DNA of 64,000 bases, taken from NCBI GenBank assembly GCA_963823665.1, contig CAWGMQ010000006.1:1184001-1248000 (forward strand), written 5' to 3'. A program made the position numbers and the translations under genes. Shown here one piece after another: positions 63,401 through 64,000 of the stretch (positions are counted from its first letter, which is position 1; every line of letters begins with the position of its first letter). The notes beneath the pieces were generated by a model. It searched no databases, was not told where the DNA came from, and saw only the letters and a list, made by a program, of their open reading frames with translations. The DNA is from an uncultured Planctomycetota bacterium. GTDB lineage: Bacteria; Planctomycetota; Planctomycetia; Isosphaerales; Isosphaeraceae.

Positions 63401-64000
63401 GAGCCGGGTCGCCACGGCGAGCCACGACTTTAATGTCGGTGGCGAGCACGCCAATTTGAGCGACATCCAGCTCTGGGACGCGGCCACCGGACGGCCGCTG
63501 GCGCCTGCAATCCGGCGCGACCAGTGGGTCTCGGCGCTTGCGTTCAGCCCGGACGGCCGCGTGCTTGCCTCGGGCGATTACGGACGGACTGTCCGGTTCT
63601 GGGACGCCGTGACGGGGCAGCCCGCCGGCGTGCCGCTGGAGCAGCGCGGCATCGTCTTCAGCGTGGCGTTTGGCCCCGACGGCAAGACGCTGGCTGTGGG
63701 TACCGTCGACCCGGCGAAAGAGGCGCGGCTCTGGAACCTGGCGACCGGCCGTCCGCAGGGCATCGCCATGCCTCACAAGGATTGGGTCGTGGAGGTTGCC
63801 TTCAGCCCCGACGGGCGTGTGCTCCTGACCCGATCGCATGACGCGACGGCCCGGCTCTGGGACGCAACGAGTGGTCAGCCCCTCACCGACTACCTGCGGC
63901 ATGAGGGTCTCCCCGCTGCCGCGTTTAGCCCTGACGGCCGGCGAGTCGCGTCCGCGGGCAACCTCGAAGACCAGGCCCGGATCTGGGACGCCCAGACCGG
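60443..64000 (+). CDS. Ser/Thr kinase with TM and WD40 repeats (frameshift near 61040; runs off window)
   Basis: Leader, GRGGMG; second frame [21 protein letters not shown], then G.PL.H-type WD40 repeats open to the window end. Confidence 0.88.

Noticed and set aside
56570..64000. Recurring ttcagccccgacggcc / ctctgggac motifs at roughly 126-bp period resembling a CRISPR array
   Set aside because: They are in-frame FSPDG/LWD codons of WD40 repeats with synonymous variation; no cas genes
50816..64000. Diversity-generating retroelement or shufflon explanation for the kinase array
   Set aside because: No reverse transcriptase or recombinase in the window, no inverted cassettes, and differences between copies are not adenine-specific

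Overview
GC-rich 64 kb fragment whose gene families (planctomycete-type ECF sigma factors, Ser/Thr kinase-WD40 giants, DUF4058, ASPIC/UnbV, PT-HINT, di-heme oxidoreductase) point to Planctomycetota, probably Isosphaeraceae-like. This taxonomy is inference from gene content. I found no rRNA, tRNA, CRISPR array, integrase or transposase. About 15 genes are broken by single-base frameshifts, most likely long-read assembly errors, so split ORFs are joined below. Highlights: (i) 50.1-64 kb holds one ECF sigma factor followed by four paralogous kinase-leader genes with near-identical 5' ends and very different sensor tails. They include a kinase-less mini copy and a decayed second ECF hidden in an intergenic gap. 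(ii) 37.4-46.2 kb is a patchwork accessory block with a TIR-CHAT(caspase-like)-STAND NTPase-TPR protein, an ArsR-fusion/HNH pair and a lipoprotein NADAR, flanked by gene remnants. (iii) An A9 run joins two ORFs by a -1 shift. (iv) Smaller items are a catalytically dead HtrA, a degenerate ABC system split over 20 kb, and a DUF4058 gene bracketed by a 25-bp direct repeat. Family assignments come from motif recognition by eye, not from database searches.
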